Shown in pieces: positions 19,754 through 27,646 of a DNA stretch of 62,163 nt. A program made the translations under genes and the position numbers. The number at the start of each line of letters is the position of its first letter. The stretch's first letter is position 1. The notes beneath the pieces are model-generated. The model saw only the letters and a list, made by a program, of their open reading frames with translations. It made no database searches and had not been told where the DNA came from. The stretch comes from Deltaproteobacteria bacterium (lineage in GTDB: Bacteria > Myxococcota_A > UBA9160 > UBA6930): contig JAFDCZ010000005.1 in assembly GCA_019312665.1 (NCBI GenBank), forward strand, positions 1 through 62,163. The letters are read 5' to 3'.

Positions 19754-20716
19754 TCAGAGCCGGAAATGCAGCTCCGCGAAGACCGGCCGATGGTCCGACC
19801 CGACGCCCACGCCCACATTCCGCCGGGTTGCGATCCAGTCCGGGCTGATCAGGATGTGGTCGAGGGGCAGCCCTAGCGGGCCGAGCAGAGCGGGCCAGGT
19901 CGCCTGCTGGCCGTAGCCCGCACGAGAATCCCGCAAGCCGGAAGAACGCAGCAAGCGAACGAAGGCCTGAGACCACGGTGTGGCGTTCAGATCGCCGAGC
20001 AGCACGAAGGGCCCTGGGGCTTCGTTGCGGATGCGGGACAACTCCGCCAACTGCCGGTCGCGAAGACTCGAAACGCCGCCCGTCAGCGGCGGATGGGGAT
20101 GAGCCACCAGCAGCCGAACGGGGTTCCCGTCAACCCGTACTGTTGCGAGGAGTGCGGGATGATGCGGGTCGCCGCCTAGCAAACGCACTTCGCTGCTCTC
20201 GAAGGGGAGGCGACTGTAGAGCGCGATCCCGAAATGGTGCTCCCGGGAAGCCACCAGGCGGTGCGGGTGGCCCTGGAGCGCCGCGTCGAGATCGGCGGCC
20301 CAGCGGGCGTTCACCTCCGCGAAGCCCAACACGTCGGGATCCCGCCCGGCGACCAACGCATCGGGCAGAAAGCCGTTTCGATTGGTGAGCGACAAGTTGG
20401 CCATCGCCACACGCAGGCTGGATGCACCGGCGACGGCCTCCGCACCTGCTGGAATTCGCAGCGTCATGGCGTTTGCCCAGACCACGACCGTGGCCAGGAG
20501 CATCGACAGCACGGCACCGCGGGCTGCCGCGATGCAAGCCAGCCCGAGCGCGGCCAGGCCAAGCTGGAGAGGGAAATGACTCAGTAGATCGAGGGGCCAG
20601 GACGTCCCGCCTACCCGTCCGAGCACGGTGGCTCCGGCAAGGCCCAAGGCGGCGGCTCCCAGCGCCCACGTGAAACGCCGTACTCGTCGAATGGGCTGCC
20701 CCGGAATCGCACTCAC
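19754..20716 (-). CDS. Endonuclease/exonuclease/phosphatase (EEP) family protein with N-terminal TM segments
   Basis: 320 aa. Contains LLGDLNATPWS and the C-terminal GSDHRPVFAEL EEP catalytic motifs. The GTG start overlaps the symporter stop (GTGA). Confidence 0.75.
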   Translation of the reverse strand: MSAIPGQPIRRVRRFTWALGAAALGLAGATVLGRVGGTSWPLDLLSHFPLQLGLAALGLACIAAARGAVLSMLLATVVVWANAMTLRIPAGAEAVAGASSLRVAMANLSLTNRNGFLPDALVAGRDPDVLGFAEVNARWAADLDAALQGHPHRLVASREHHFGIALYSRLPFESSEVRLLGGDPHHPALLATVRVDGNPVRLLVAHPHPPLTGGVSSLRDRQLAELSRIRNEAPGPFVLLGDLNATPWSQAFVRLLRSSGLRDSRAGYGQQATWPALLGPLGLPLDHILISPDWIATRRNVGVGVGSDHRPVFAELHFRL

Positions 20717-22407
20717 CTTGCGCGGCGTGGCAAGCGGATCTCTTCCACCAGGGCGCGGACACTCTCCGGGGGCGGTTCCGTAAAGCGGCTCACGGTCAAT
20801 GCCACGGCAAAGTTCAGCAACATTCCCACGCTCCCGATGCCTTCAGGGCTGATGCCCCACCACCAGGCCTCGGGCCCCGCCGTCGGATCGATGTACTTGA
20901 ACCAGATGATGTAGGTGCCCGTGAAACCGATCCCCGAAAGCATCCCGGCGATCGCACCCCATTTCGTCGTGCTTGTCGTGAAGATTCCCAACACCAGCGC
21001 CGGGAAGAAGCTCGAGGCTGCCAGGCCGAACGCGAAGGCCACGACCTGGGCGACGAAGCCCGGTGGGTAGATCCCAAAAAGGCCGGCGATGATGACTGCC
21101 ACGCCCGCCGTACTGCGGGCGAGCCGGAGTTCCTTCGCCTCACTCATCGTAGGCCAGAGCCAGCTCTTGCCGATGTCATGTGAGATCGCCGAGGAGATCA
21201 CGAGGAGCAGCCCGGCGGCCGTCGAGAGTGCAGCGGCCAGGCCACCCGCCGCGACCAACGCCACGATCCAAGCCGGCAGGCGTGCGATCTCCGGGTTGGC
21301 AAGCACCATGATGTCGCGATCGACACGCAGCTCGTTCGTCTCCGGGTCTCCGCTGTAACGGATGCGCCCGTCGCCATCCTTGTCCTCGAATCCGATCAGG
21401 CCGGTGGTTTCCCAGCTGGTGAACCACTCGGGGACGTCTTCGTAGGCCACACCGTTCAGATCTTCGATCAGGTTGACGCGGGCAAAGGCCGAGATGGCCG
21501 GTGCCGTGGTGTAGAGGAGCGAGATGAAGATCAACGCCCAGAGCGCACTCCAACGGGCGGCGCGGGCGCTCGGCACGGTATAGAAGCGGACCAGGACGTG
21601 GGGCAGGCCAGCGGTGCCGACCATCAAGGCGCCGGTGATGGCGAAGACATCGACCATGCTCTTCTTGCCTGGCACCCATGCGCCGGTGTATTCCGGCAAG
21701 CCGAGATCCCGATGCAAGGCGTCGAGCGTTTCGAGCAGGAAGCGTCCCGCGTTGGCGCCCTCGGACACGGTGCCGCCGAAGCCGAGCTGCGGAATCGGGT
21801 TGCCCGTGATCTTCCACGAAATCGCAGCCGCCGGGATCAGGTACGCGACGATCAACACGCAGTACTGGGCCACCTGGGTGTAGGTGATCCCGCGCATGCC
21901 GCCGAGCGTGGCGTAGACGAGCACGATGCCCATGCCCCAGAGCACGCCGGTGTTCACGTCCACCTCGAGGAAACGCGAGAACACGACACCGACGCCGCGC
22001 ATCTGGCCAGCGATGTAGGTGAAGGAGATGAAGATCGTGCACAACGCACCGACGAACCGGGCCAGCTGCGAGTGGTAGCGATCCCCCAGGAACTCGGACG
22101 TGGTGAACTTGCCGTACTTGCGCAGGTAAGGTGCCAGCAGCAACGCCAGAAGCACATAACCACCGGTCCAGCCCATCAGGTAGATGGTGCCCGTGTAGCC
22201 CATGAACGAGACCAGGCCGGCCATCGAGATGAACGAGGCCGCGCTCATCCAATCGGCGCCGGTCGCCATCCCGTTGGCCAGGGCAGGCACCCCGCGCCCG
22301 GCCACATAGAAGCCCTCGGTGGAGCGCACACGGCTCCAGACAGCGATGCCGACGTAGAGCGAGAAAGTCAGCCCGACGAACAGATAGGTCCAGCCCTGGA
22401 CGTCCAT
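20713..22407 (-). CDS. Sodium:solute symporter family transporter (ActP-like)
   Basis: 564 aa polytopic protein. The N-terminal FYVAGRGVPALANGMATGADWMSAASFISMAG is typical of the cation/acetate symporter subgroup. Confidence 0.9.
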   Translation of the reverse strand: MDVQGWTYLFVGLTFSLYVGIAVWSRVRSTEGFYVAGRGVPALANGMATGADWMSAASFISMAGLVSFMGYTGTIYLMGWTGGYVLLALLLAPYLRKYGKFTTSEFLGDRYHSQLARFVGALCTIFISFTYIAGQMRGVGVVFSRFLEVDVNTGVLWGMGIVLVYATLGGMRGITYTQVAQYCVLIVAYLIPAAAISWKITGNPIPQLGFGGTVSEGANAGRFLLETLDALHRDLGLPEYTGAWVPGKKSMVDVFAITGALMVGTAGLPHVLVRFYTVPSARAARWSALWALIFISLLYTTAPAISAFARVNLIEDLNGVAYEDVPEWFTSWETTGLIGFEDKDGDGRIRYSGDPETNELRVDRDIMVLANPEIARLPAWIVALVAAGGLAAALSTAAGLLLVISSAISHDIGKSWLWPTMSEAKELRLARSTAGVAVIIAGLFGIYPPGFVAQVVAFAFGLAASSFFPALVLGIFTTSTTKWGAIAGMLSGIGFTGTYIIWFKYIDPTAGPEAWWWGISPEGIGSVGMLLNFAVALTVSRFTEPPPESVRALVEEIRLPRRAR

Positions 22408-22433
22408 GCCTTTTCTTCTTTTTCTTCGCTCGC

Positions 22434-22724
22434 CTACGGCTCGCTGCGCGGCGAGCCAGGCCCGTCTTGCGGGTTTTCGGCGACACCGTATCGCCGATCG
22501 AGCCGATCCATGGCAAATGCGTAGATCGCAATCAGCACGACGAAGGCGTAGATCGAACCCTGCTGCGCGAACCAGAAGCCCAACGGAAAGCCGCCGAGCA
22601 TGAACTGGTTGAGGGGTTCGACCAGGAGGATGCCGAGGCCGTAGGAGACGAAGAACCAGACGACCAACAGGACCGCCATCAGGCGCAGGTTGGCGCGCCA
22701 GTAGCCCTTCGGATCGGCGGCCAT
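22434..22724 (-). CDS. DUF4212-type small membrane subunit associated with solute symporters
   Basis: ATG at 22724 (ATGA overlap with the VWA gene stop) gives a 96-aa, two-TM protein: YWRANLRLMAVLLVVWFFVSYGLGILLVEPLN...GFPLGFWFAQQGSIYAFVVLI. Confidence 0.75.
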   Translation of the reverse strand: MAADPKGYWRANLRLMAVLLVVWFFVSYGLGILLVEPLNQFMLGGFPLGFWFAQQGSIYAFVVLIAIYAFAMDRLDRRYGVAENPQDGPGSPRSEP

Positions 22725-23926
22725 CAGTGGACTGTCTCTCCCAGGGTCTTGGCGCCGATCAACGCGCGCACGGCGTCCGCAATGCCGTCGACCGAGAGAT
22801 GGAACATCGGGAAGAGCTTCGAGATGATGTTCGTCGTATGGGTCTGATCCCAGACGTCCTGAGGGTCGGGGTTCAGCCACACCGCCCGCTCGAAATGATC
22901 GTTGATGCGATGCAGCCAATCCATCCCGCTGGTCTCAGCCGTTCGCCGCGGGTCGATGTTGCCGAACTCTTCCATCAGCTCCGCAGGATGCATGGCCGCG
23001 TCGCCGACGATCATCACCTTCCAGCGCGGGTCCAGCTTGCGCAGCACATCACCCGTAGGCACGGCGTCCCGGCGCAGCAGGGCGGCGGTCGTGCCGAGCA
23101 GCTCGTAGGGGCAATTGTGGAAGTAGTAGGCCTTGAACTCGCGGAGCCCGCGCTCTTCGTGAAGGGCGGTCAACAGGCGGCTCACCGGCTCGTAGTAGGG
23201 GTCCATCGTCCCGCCCACATCCATGAGCAGGAGCAGGCGTACGTTGTTGCGCTTCTCCGGCTCGAACACGAATTCGATCTCGCCCGCGTTCTTGCAGGTC
23301 TCATCGATCGTGCTCTCCAGGTCGAGCTCAGTCGCTGGGCCGACCCGGGTGAGTTGCCGGAGCCTGCGCAGGGCCATCTGGATCTGACGGATGTCCAGAG
23401 AGGCATCGGTGCGGTAGTCCCTGAAACGACGTTCCTGGGCCACTTTCATCGCAGAGCGGTTGCGGCTCTCGCCGCCGACGCGGATGCCCGTCGGGTGCTC
23501 GCCGCCGTGGCCGAAGGGAGAGCGGCCGCCCGTCCCGACCCACTTGCCACCGCCATCGTGGCGCTCGGTCTGCTCGGCCAGACGCTCGAGGAATTGCTGC
23601 ATCAGCTCGTCGCCGGTCAGCATTTCGAGCATCTGCTTCTGCTCTTCCGTCAGCTCCTGGAAGTTCTTGGGATCCTTCAGCCAATCCAGCACTTCGTCCT
23701 CGATCTGGAGCTCCCCTTCCACGCCCTCGAAGACATGCAGGAAGACCCGGTCGAAGGCATCGAAGTAGGTTTCGCTCTTGACGAGAAGAGAGCGGGAGAG
23801 GTTGTAGAAGCGGCGCAAGTTCGAGCCGTGAAGGCCCTTCTTCATGGCCTCCATCAGCATCATCCACTCTTGCATCCCGACCGGGACGCCCTCTTCGCGA
23901 AGCTCATAGAAGAAATCGAGGAACAC
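22724..23926 (-). CDS. VWA domain protein, partner of the MoxR-type ATPase
   Basis: GTG at 23926 follows a GGAG and gives VFLDFFYELREEGVPVG.... The VWA core is LLLLMDVGGTMDPYY...VMIVGDAAM. The MIDAS-like motif reads DVGGT rather than DxSGS. Confidence 0.75.
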   Translation of the reverse strand: MFLDFFYELREEGVPVGMQEWMMLMEAMKKGLHGSNLRRFYNLSRSLLVKSETYFDAFDRVFLHVFEGVEGELQIEDEVLDWLKDPKNFQELTEEQKQMLEMLTGDELMQQFLERLAEQTERHDGGGKWVGTGGRSPFGHGGEHPTGIRVGGESRNRSAMKVAQERRFRDYRTDASLDIRQIQMALRRLRQLTRVGPATELDLESTIDETCKNAGEIEFVFEPEKRNNVRLLLLMDVGGTMDPYYEPVSRLLTALHEERGLREFKAYYFHNCPYELLGTTAALLRRDAVPTGDVLRKLDPRWKVMIVGDAAMHPAELMEEFGNIDPRRTAETSGMDWLHRINDHFERAVWLNPDPQDVWDQTHTTNIISKLFPMFHLSVDGIADAVRALIGAKTLGETVH

Positions 23927-23934
23927 GCCGGCTC

Positions 23935-24855
23935 CTAGTTGTTGTAGCGCGGCCCGAGGTCGCTCCAGCTCTCCGGATAGCTTCCACCGCGATCGCTGTA
24001 GAGCTGCAGGGCCTCGGTATCCTGTTCGTTCTTGAGCAAGGAACCCAGGAACGGAATCTGCGTCTCGATCTGATCCCGGGAAATGCCCGAACGCAGGAGC
24101 ACGGAGATCCAGTCGATCAGCTCGGAGGTCGACGGCTTCTTGCGCAGCTCGCTCTGCTCGCGCAGCCAGTAGAAGCGCAGCAGGACCTGATCGAGTAGCT
24201 GTGTATCCAGGTGCGGGTGGTGCACGTCCACGATTTGTCGCATCAGCATGGGATCCGGGAACTCGATGAAATGGAACACGCAACGACGCAGGAACGCGTC
24301 GGGCAGTTCCTTCTCGTTATTCGAGGTGATGAGCACGATCGGCCGCTGCTTCGCGACCACCTCGTCGCCGGTCTCCATCACGGTGAAGCGCATCTCGTCC
24401 AGCTCGCGGAGGATGTCGTTCGGAAACTCGAGATCCGCCTTGTCGACTTCGTCGATCAGCAAGACGTGGCGATCTTCGGTGGCAAACACCCGCCCGAGGG
24501 GCCCGTGCTTGATGTAGGTGCGGATGTCGGCCACGTCGCCCTCGCCGAAGCGGGCGTCGTTGAGGCGTTGAACCGTGTCGTAGACGTAGAGACCCGCCTG
24601 GGCCTTGGTCGTGGACTTGATGTGCCATTGCTCCATGGGGAGGCCCAGGCCCTCGGCCACATGGCGCGCCAGCAGGGTCTTGCCGGTGCCCGGCTCGCCC
24701 TTGATCAGCAGGGGCCGCTCGAGCGCAATGGAAGCATTCACCGCCTCCATCAGCGCCGGCGAGGCGATATAGCCCTCGGTTCCGGTGAAGCGGAGGAAAT
24801 CGTCGTTCACGTCATTCATGGCGCGGGAGGGTACCGTGCTTCGGGCCGGCGTCAC
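23935..24855 (-). CDS. MoxR-family AAA+ ATPase (start at GTG 24855 or ATG 24819)
   Basis: Walker A LLIKGEPGTGKT, Walker B VLLIDEVDKA, and FPNDILRELDEMRF, typical of MoxR/CbbQ-type ATPases. GTG 24855 overlaps the nitroreductase stop. Confidence 0.9.
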   Translation of the reverse strand: MTPARSTVPSRAMNDVNDDFLRFTGTEGYIASPALMEAVNASIALERPLLIKGEPGTGKTLLARHVAEGLGLPMEQWHIKSTTKAQAGLYVYDTVQRLNDARFGEGDVADIRTYIKHGPLGRVFATEDRHVLLIDEVDKADLEFPNDILRELDEMRFTVMETGDEVVAKQRPIVLITSNNEKELPDAFLRRCVFHFIEFPDPMLMRQIVDVHHPHLDTQLLDQVLLRFYWLREQSELRKKPSTSELIDWISVLLRSGISRDQIETQIPFLGSLLKNEQDTEALQLYSDRGGSYPESWSDLGPRYNN

Positions 24856-25538
24856 GTGGAAGCTGAATGGGCGGATTCAGCCTTTTCGGGCCACAGGGGC
24901 TCGGGAATCTCGAAGCCGATGGGCGTATCCCAGTGATTTCGCGCCGCGACCTCGTGCACCGGATTGCGCGGGGCCACGCCCCAGCGGCCGGTCGGATAGC
25001 CCATCGTGACGCAGCTGTTGAATCGCCAGCCCGCATCCTTGGGCACACCCAGGATCTCGAGCACCGGCTTGATCTGGAACATGAAGGCACTCGTCAGGGC
25101 GGAGCCCACGCCTTCGGCCCGGGCCGCCAGCATGGCGCTCCAGACACCAGGGAAGATCGAGCCACCGCTCCTGTCGAATTGGGAGAAGGCGAAGAGCAGG
25201 AGCGGATAGCCCTCGAAGTGGTCCGCCAACCATTGGGCGGAACGTTGGACCTTCAAGAAATCCTTGCTCTCGTCGGCCTCCGGGTCGGCTGCGGCCGCCT
25301 CGGCGCGGGGCTTGTAGATCGTTTCCCAGAGGCTGCCCAGACACTCGCGATAGATCGGGCCGAGTTGCGCCTTCACGGCCGGATCATCCACGAGCAGGAA
25401 GCGCCACATCTGCGCGTTGCCGCCGCTGGGTGCGCGAATCGCCGCGTCGAGGATCCGCTCCTGAACGTCCAGGGGGATCGGATCTGATTTCACCCGGCGC
25501 ATGGCGCGGGTGGTGTAGAGAGCTTCGTGGAGGTCCAT
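24852..25538 (-). CDS. Nitroreductase family protein
   Basis: 228 aa. TTRAMRRVKSDPIPLDVQERILDAAIRAPSGGNAQMWRFLLV is the classic nitroreductase N-terminal motif. Confidence 0.8.
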   Translation of the reverse strand: MDLHEALYTTRAMRRVKSDPIPLDVQERILDAAIRAPSGGNAQMWRFLLVDDPAVKAQLGPIYRECLGSLWETIYKPRAEAAAADPEADESKDFLKVQRSAQWLADHFEGYPLLLFAFSQFDRSGGSIFPGVWSAMLAARAEGVGSALTSAFMFQIKPVLEILGVPKDAGWRFNSCVTMGYPTGRWGVAPRNPVHEVAARNHWDTPIGFEIPEPLWPEKAESAHSAST

Positions 25539-25564
25539 GTCGATTCCTTCGCCTCGAGCGTTGC

Positions 25565-26599
25565 CTAGTCGTCGTAGCGCACTTCACAGCCTGAGCCGAC
25601 CGGGCGACCCTGGCAGGTGAGGATCCACCCCTCCCTCACCTCGGCCTCATTGAAGACATCGTTGACGTCCATGCGCACTTCACCGGCCACGCGCTTCGCC
25701 GCGCAGGAGCCGCAGTAGCCCTCTTCACAGGCGGACGGAGCGTCGAGGCCCGCATCCTTGACGGCCCGCAGGATCGACTGGCCCGGCGCCCAGGGCACCC
25801 GATGGGTCTTCCCGTTGAGGTGGACGACGATCACCTGCCGCGTCGCGCTCCCGGTGCCCGTCTGCGCGACGAGCTGGCCCTCGTTCGATGCCTCACCCTG
25901 CTCCGACGATTCAAAACGCTCGACGAAGATCCGATCCGAATCGACCCCCTCCTGGCGAAGCGCGCGTTCGACGATCTCCATGAAAGGACCCGGCCCGCAG
26001 AGGTAGCAATGAGCCCCTGGCAGCCCGCGAACATGGTCGGTGACCTGCGCTGCACCGAGAAACCCTTGTTCATCGTCCAGGTGATGCAGCAACTCGAAGC
26101 GATCGGCATGCGTTCGGGCCAGCCCTGCGAGTTCCTCTTCGAAGATGATCCCCGCGCGGCTGCGATTGGCGTACACCAGACGGATCCGACGGCGACTCGT
26201 TGCGAGTGCGCTCTTCACCAGGGAAATCACGGGAGTGATGCCGCTACCGCCCCCGAACAACAACAGGGGCTCGGCCGCCTCGCGAAGCACGAACCGACCG
26301 GTCGGCGGAAGGACCTCCAGGCTGTCCCCCACTCGAAGACGATCGTGAAACCAGTTGGAGATGCGGCCCTCCTCCACCCGTTTGACGGTCACCTTCCAGA
26401 TCTTCTCAGTGTCCGGGCAACTCGTCAGCGAGTAACAGCGAATCAGGTTTCCGCCTTCCCACGCGACGCGGAACGTCAGGAACTGGCCCGCTCGATAGGC
26501 GAAGCCTTCGGCCAGATCCTGCGGCACATCGAGAACGAAGGAGCGGGCGTCAGGCGTTTCGTCGATGACCCGCGCGAGCGTCAGCTTGTGGTACGACAC
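25565..26599 (-). CDS. Ferredoxin-NAD(P)+ reductase-type oxidoreductase with a C-terminal plant-type 2Fe-2S domain (PaaE/phthalate dioxygenase reductase-like)
   Basis: 344 aa. Contains RCYSLTS (FAD-binding RxYS), GGGSGITP (NAD-binding) and the C-terminal CEEGYCGSCAAK...C cluster motif. Confidence 0.85.
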   Translation of the reverse strand: MSYHKLTLARVIDETPDARSFVLDVPQDLAEGFAYRAGQFLTFRVAWEGGNLIRCYSLTSCPDTEKIWKVTVKRVEEGRISNWFHDRLRVGDSLEVLPPTGRFVLREAAEPLLLFGGGSGITPVISLVKSALATSRRRIRLVYANRSRAGIIFEEELAGLARTHADRFELLHHLDDEQGFLGAAQVTDHVRGLPGAHCYLCGPGPFMEIVERALRQEGVDSDRIFVERFESSEQGEASNEGQLVAQTGTGSATRQVIVVHLNGKTHRVPWAPGQSILRAVKDAGLDAPSACEEGYCGSCAAKRVAGEVRMDVNDVFNEAEVREGWILTCQGRPVGSGCEVRYDD

Positions 26600-26644
26600 G
26601 GGCGAGGGATGTAGGTGACGAAGGCGGCCCTTTCAACGGCACCC

Positions 26645-26660
26645 TGTGAAGCAGTTCACA
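26645..26660. promoter_or_regulatory. Perfect CRP/FNR-type palindrome TGTGA-N6-TCACA in a divergent intergenic region
   Basis: TGTGAagcagtTCACA read directly at 26645-26660, about 46-61 nt upstream of the reductase ATG (26599, minus strand). Confidence 0.45.
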
Positions 26661-26951
26661 GCAGATTCGGTCCCCGCGGGCGATGTTGTGGTTGGCTGGG
26701 GGTGTTCCTTAGCCGCGCCGGCCGGAAGGCCTGTGGTGAGCCAGCGGCCCCTGGACCCGCGAGCCCGCCGGCCGGTAGTTCGGTCATCTGGGCCCCGTGC
26801 GCATGGGGCTCGTTCGGCCGATCTGCGCGAAGCGCAGTGCCGAGCGACACCTCCCACTTGCACCCGGGAAGTGCCGCTCGGCAGCTTCCGGATACGTCGG
26901 CTCACTGAGGTCGACCGGCCTGGCCGCGATCCGCCCGCTACCGTGCAGGCC

Positions 26952-27419
26952 GTGGATACAAGAGTCGCGTTCTGGACCGGAGCCCTGATCAACATGGCCC
27001 TCGTCGTCGGATTCGCGGTGTACGGAGTGCGCCAGATCCGGCGCGGCCAGGTGGATTCTCACCGACGCTCCATGCGGGCCGCGAGCAGCCTGATCGTCGT
27101 GTTCCTCGTTTCCTACGTGCTCAAACGCCTGTGGATCGGCCCGGAAGATCTCGATCTGTGGGGCCGGGCAGCCCTGATCAACCTATGGGTTCACGAGACC
27201 ATGGTGGCGGGCATGCTGATTGCCGGGGGCATGGCGCTCGTTCGGGGCCGGCGCCTGGCCCGCACACGCCGGGTGACGGGCAGCCCCGACGATCCCAAGG
27301 CGGAACCCTCGGCGCTTCAGGGCCACAGACGCGTCGGCCGGATCGCCGTCATCTGCTCGATACTCGGCTGGCTGACCGCCTGCGGAATCCTGGCCCAAAT
27401 CTTCGGTGTGTTTTCCTAG
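26952..27419 (+). CDS. Hypothetical integral membrane protein (start uncertain)
   Basis: An in-frame GTG at 26952 gives about 155 aa with 4 predicted hydrophobic helices (FWTGALINMALVVGFAVYGV, LIVVFLVSYVL, VHETMVAGMLIAGGMALV, IAVICSILGWLTACGIL). Possibly DUF420-like, but I cannot confirm that. Confidence 0.4.
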   Translation: MDTRVAFWTGALINMALVVGFAVYGVRQIRRGQVDSHRRSMRAASSLIVVFLVSYVLKRLWIGPEDLDLWGRAALINLWVHETMVAGMLIAGGMALVRGRRLARTRRVTGSPDDPKAEPSALQGHRRVGRIAVICSILGWLTACGILAQIFGVFS

Positions 27420-27601
27420 CGCTTGAGCCGCTTGGGTTTCCTGTTCCACTTCGAGGTCTGGTTTCCGGCGGTTTGAAAACTCATGGATTGCTCCGACTCC
27501 TCGGCCTGCATGGCGAACTCCGTGGGCGTTTTCTCTTGCAGGGCCTGGTGAGGACGACTCTCATTGGAATCGACTCGCCAGGGTTTCTCGACTGAACACA
27601 T
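27416..27601 (-). mobile_element. Remnant of a transposase C-terminus (DDE/rve-type integrase tail); no intact IS
   Basis: The 61-aa ORF contains WRVDSNESRPHQALQEKTPTEFA, which matches the conserved W..DYN..RPH.ALG.KTPAEF tail of IS3/IS481-type transposases. An in-frame stop lies upstream, and no catalytic core or inverted repeats were seen. Confidence 0.55.
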
Positions 27602-27646
27602 CGACGATTGGCTGGAGGACTATCGGCGACACTTCCACGGGCGCCT

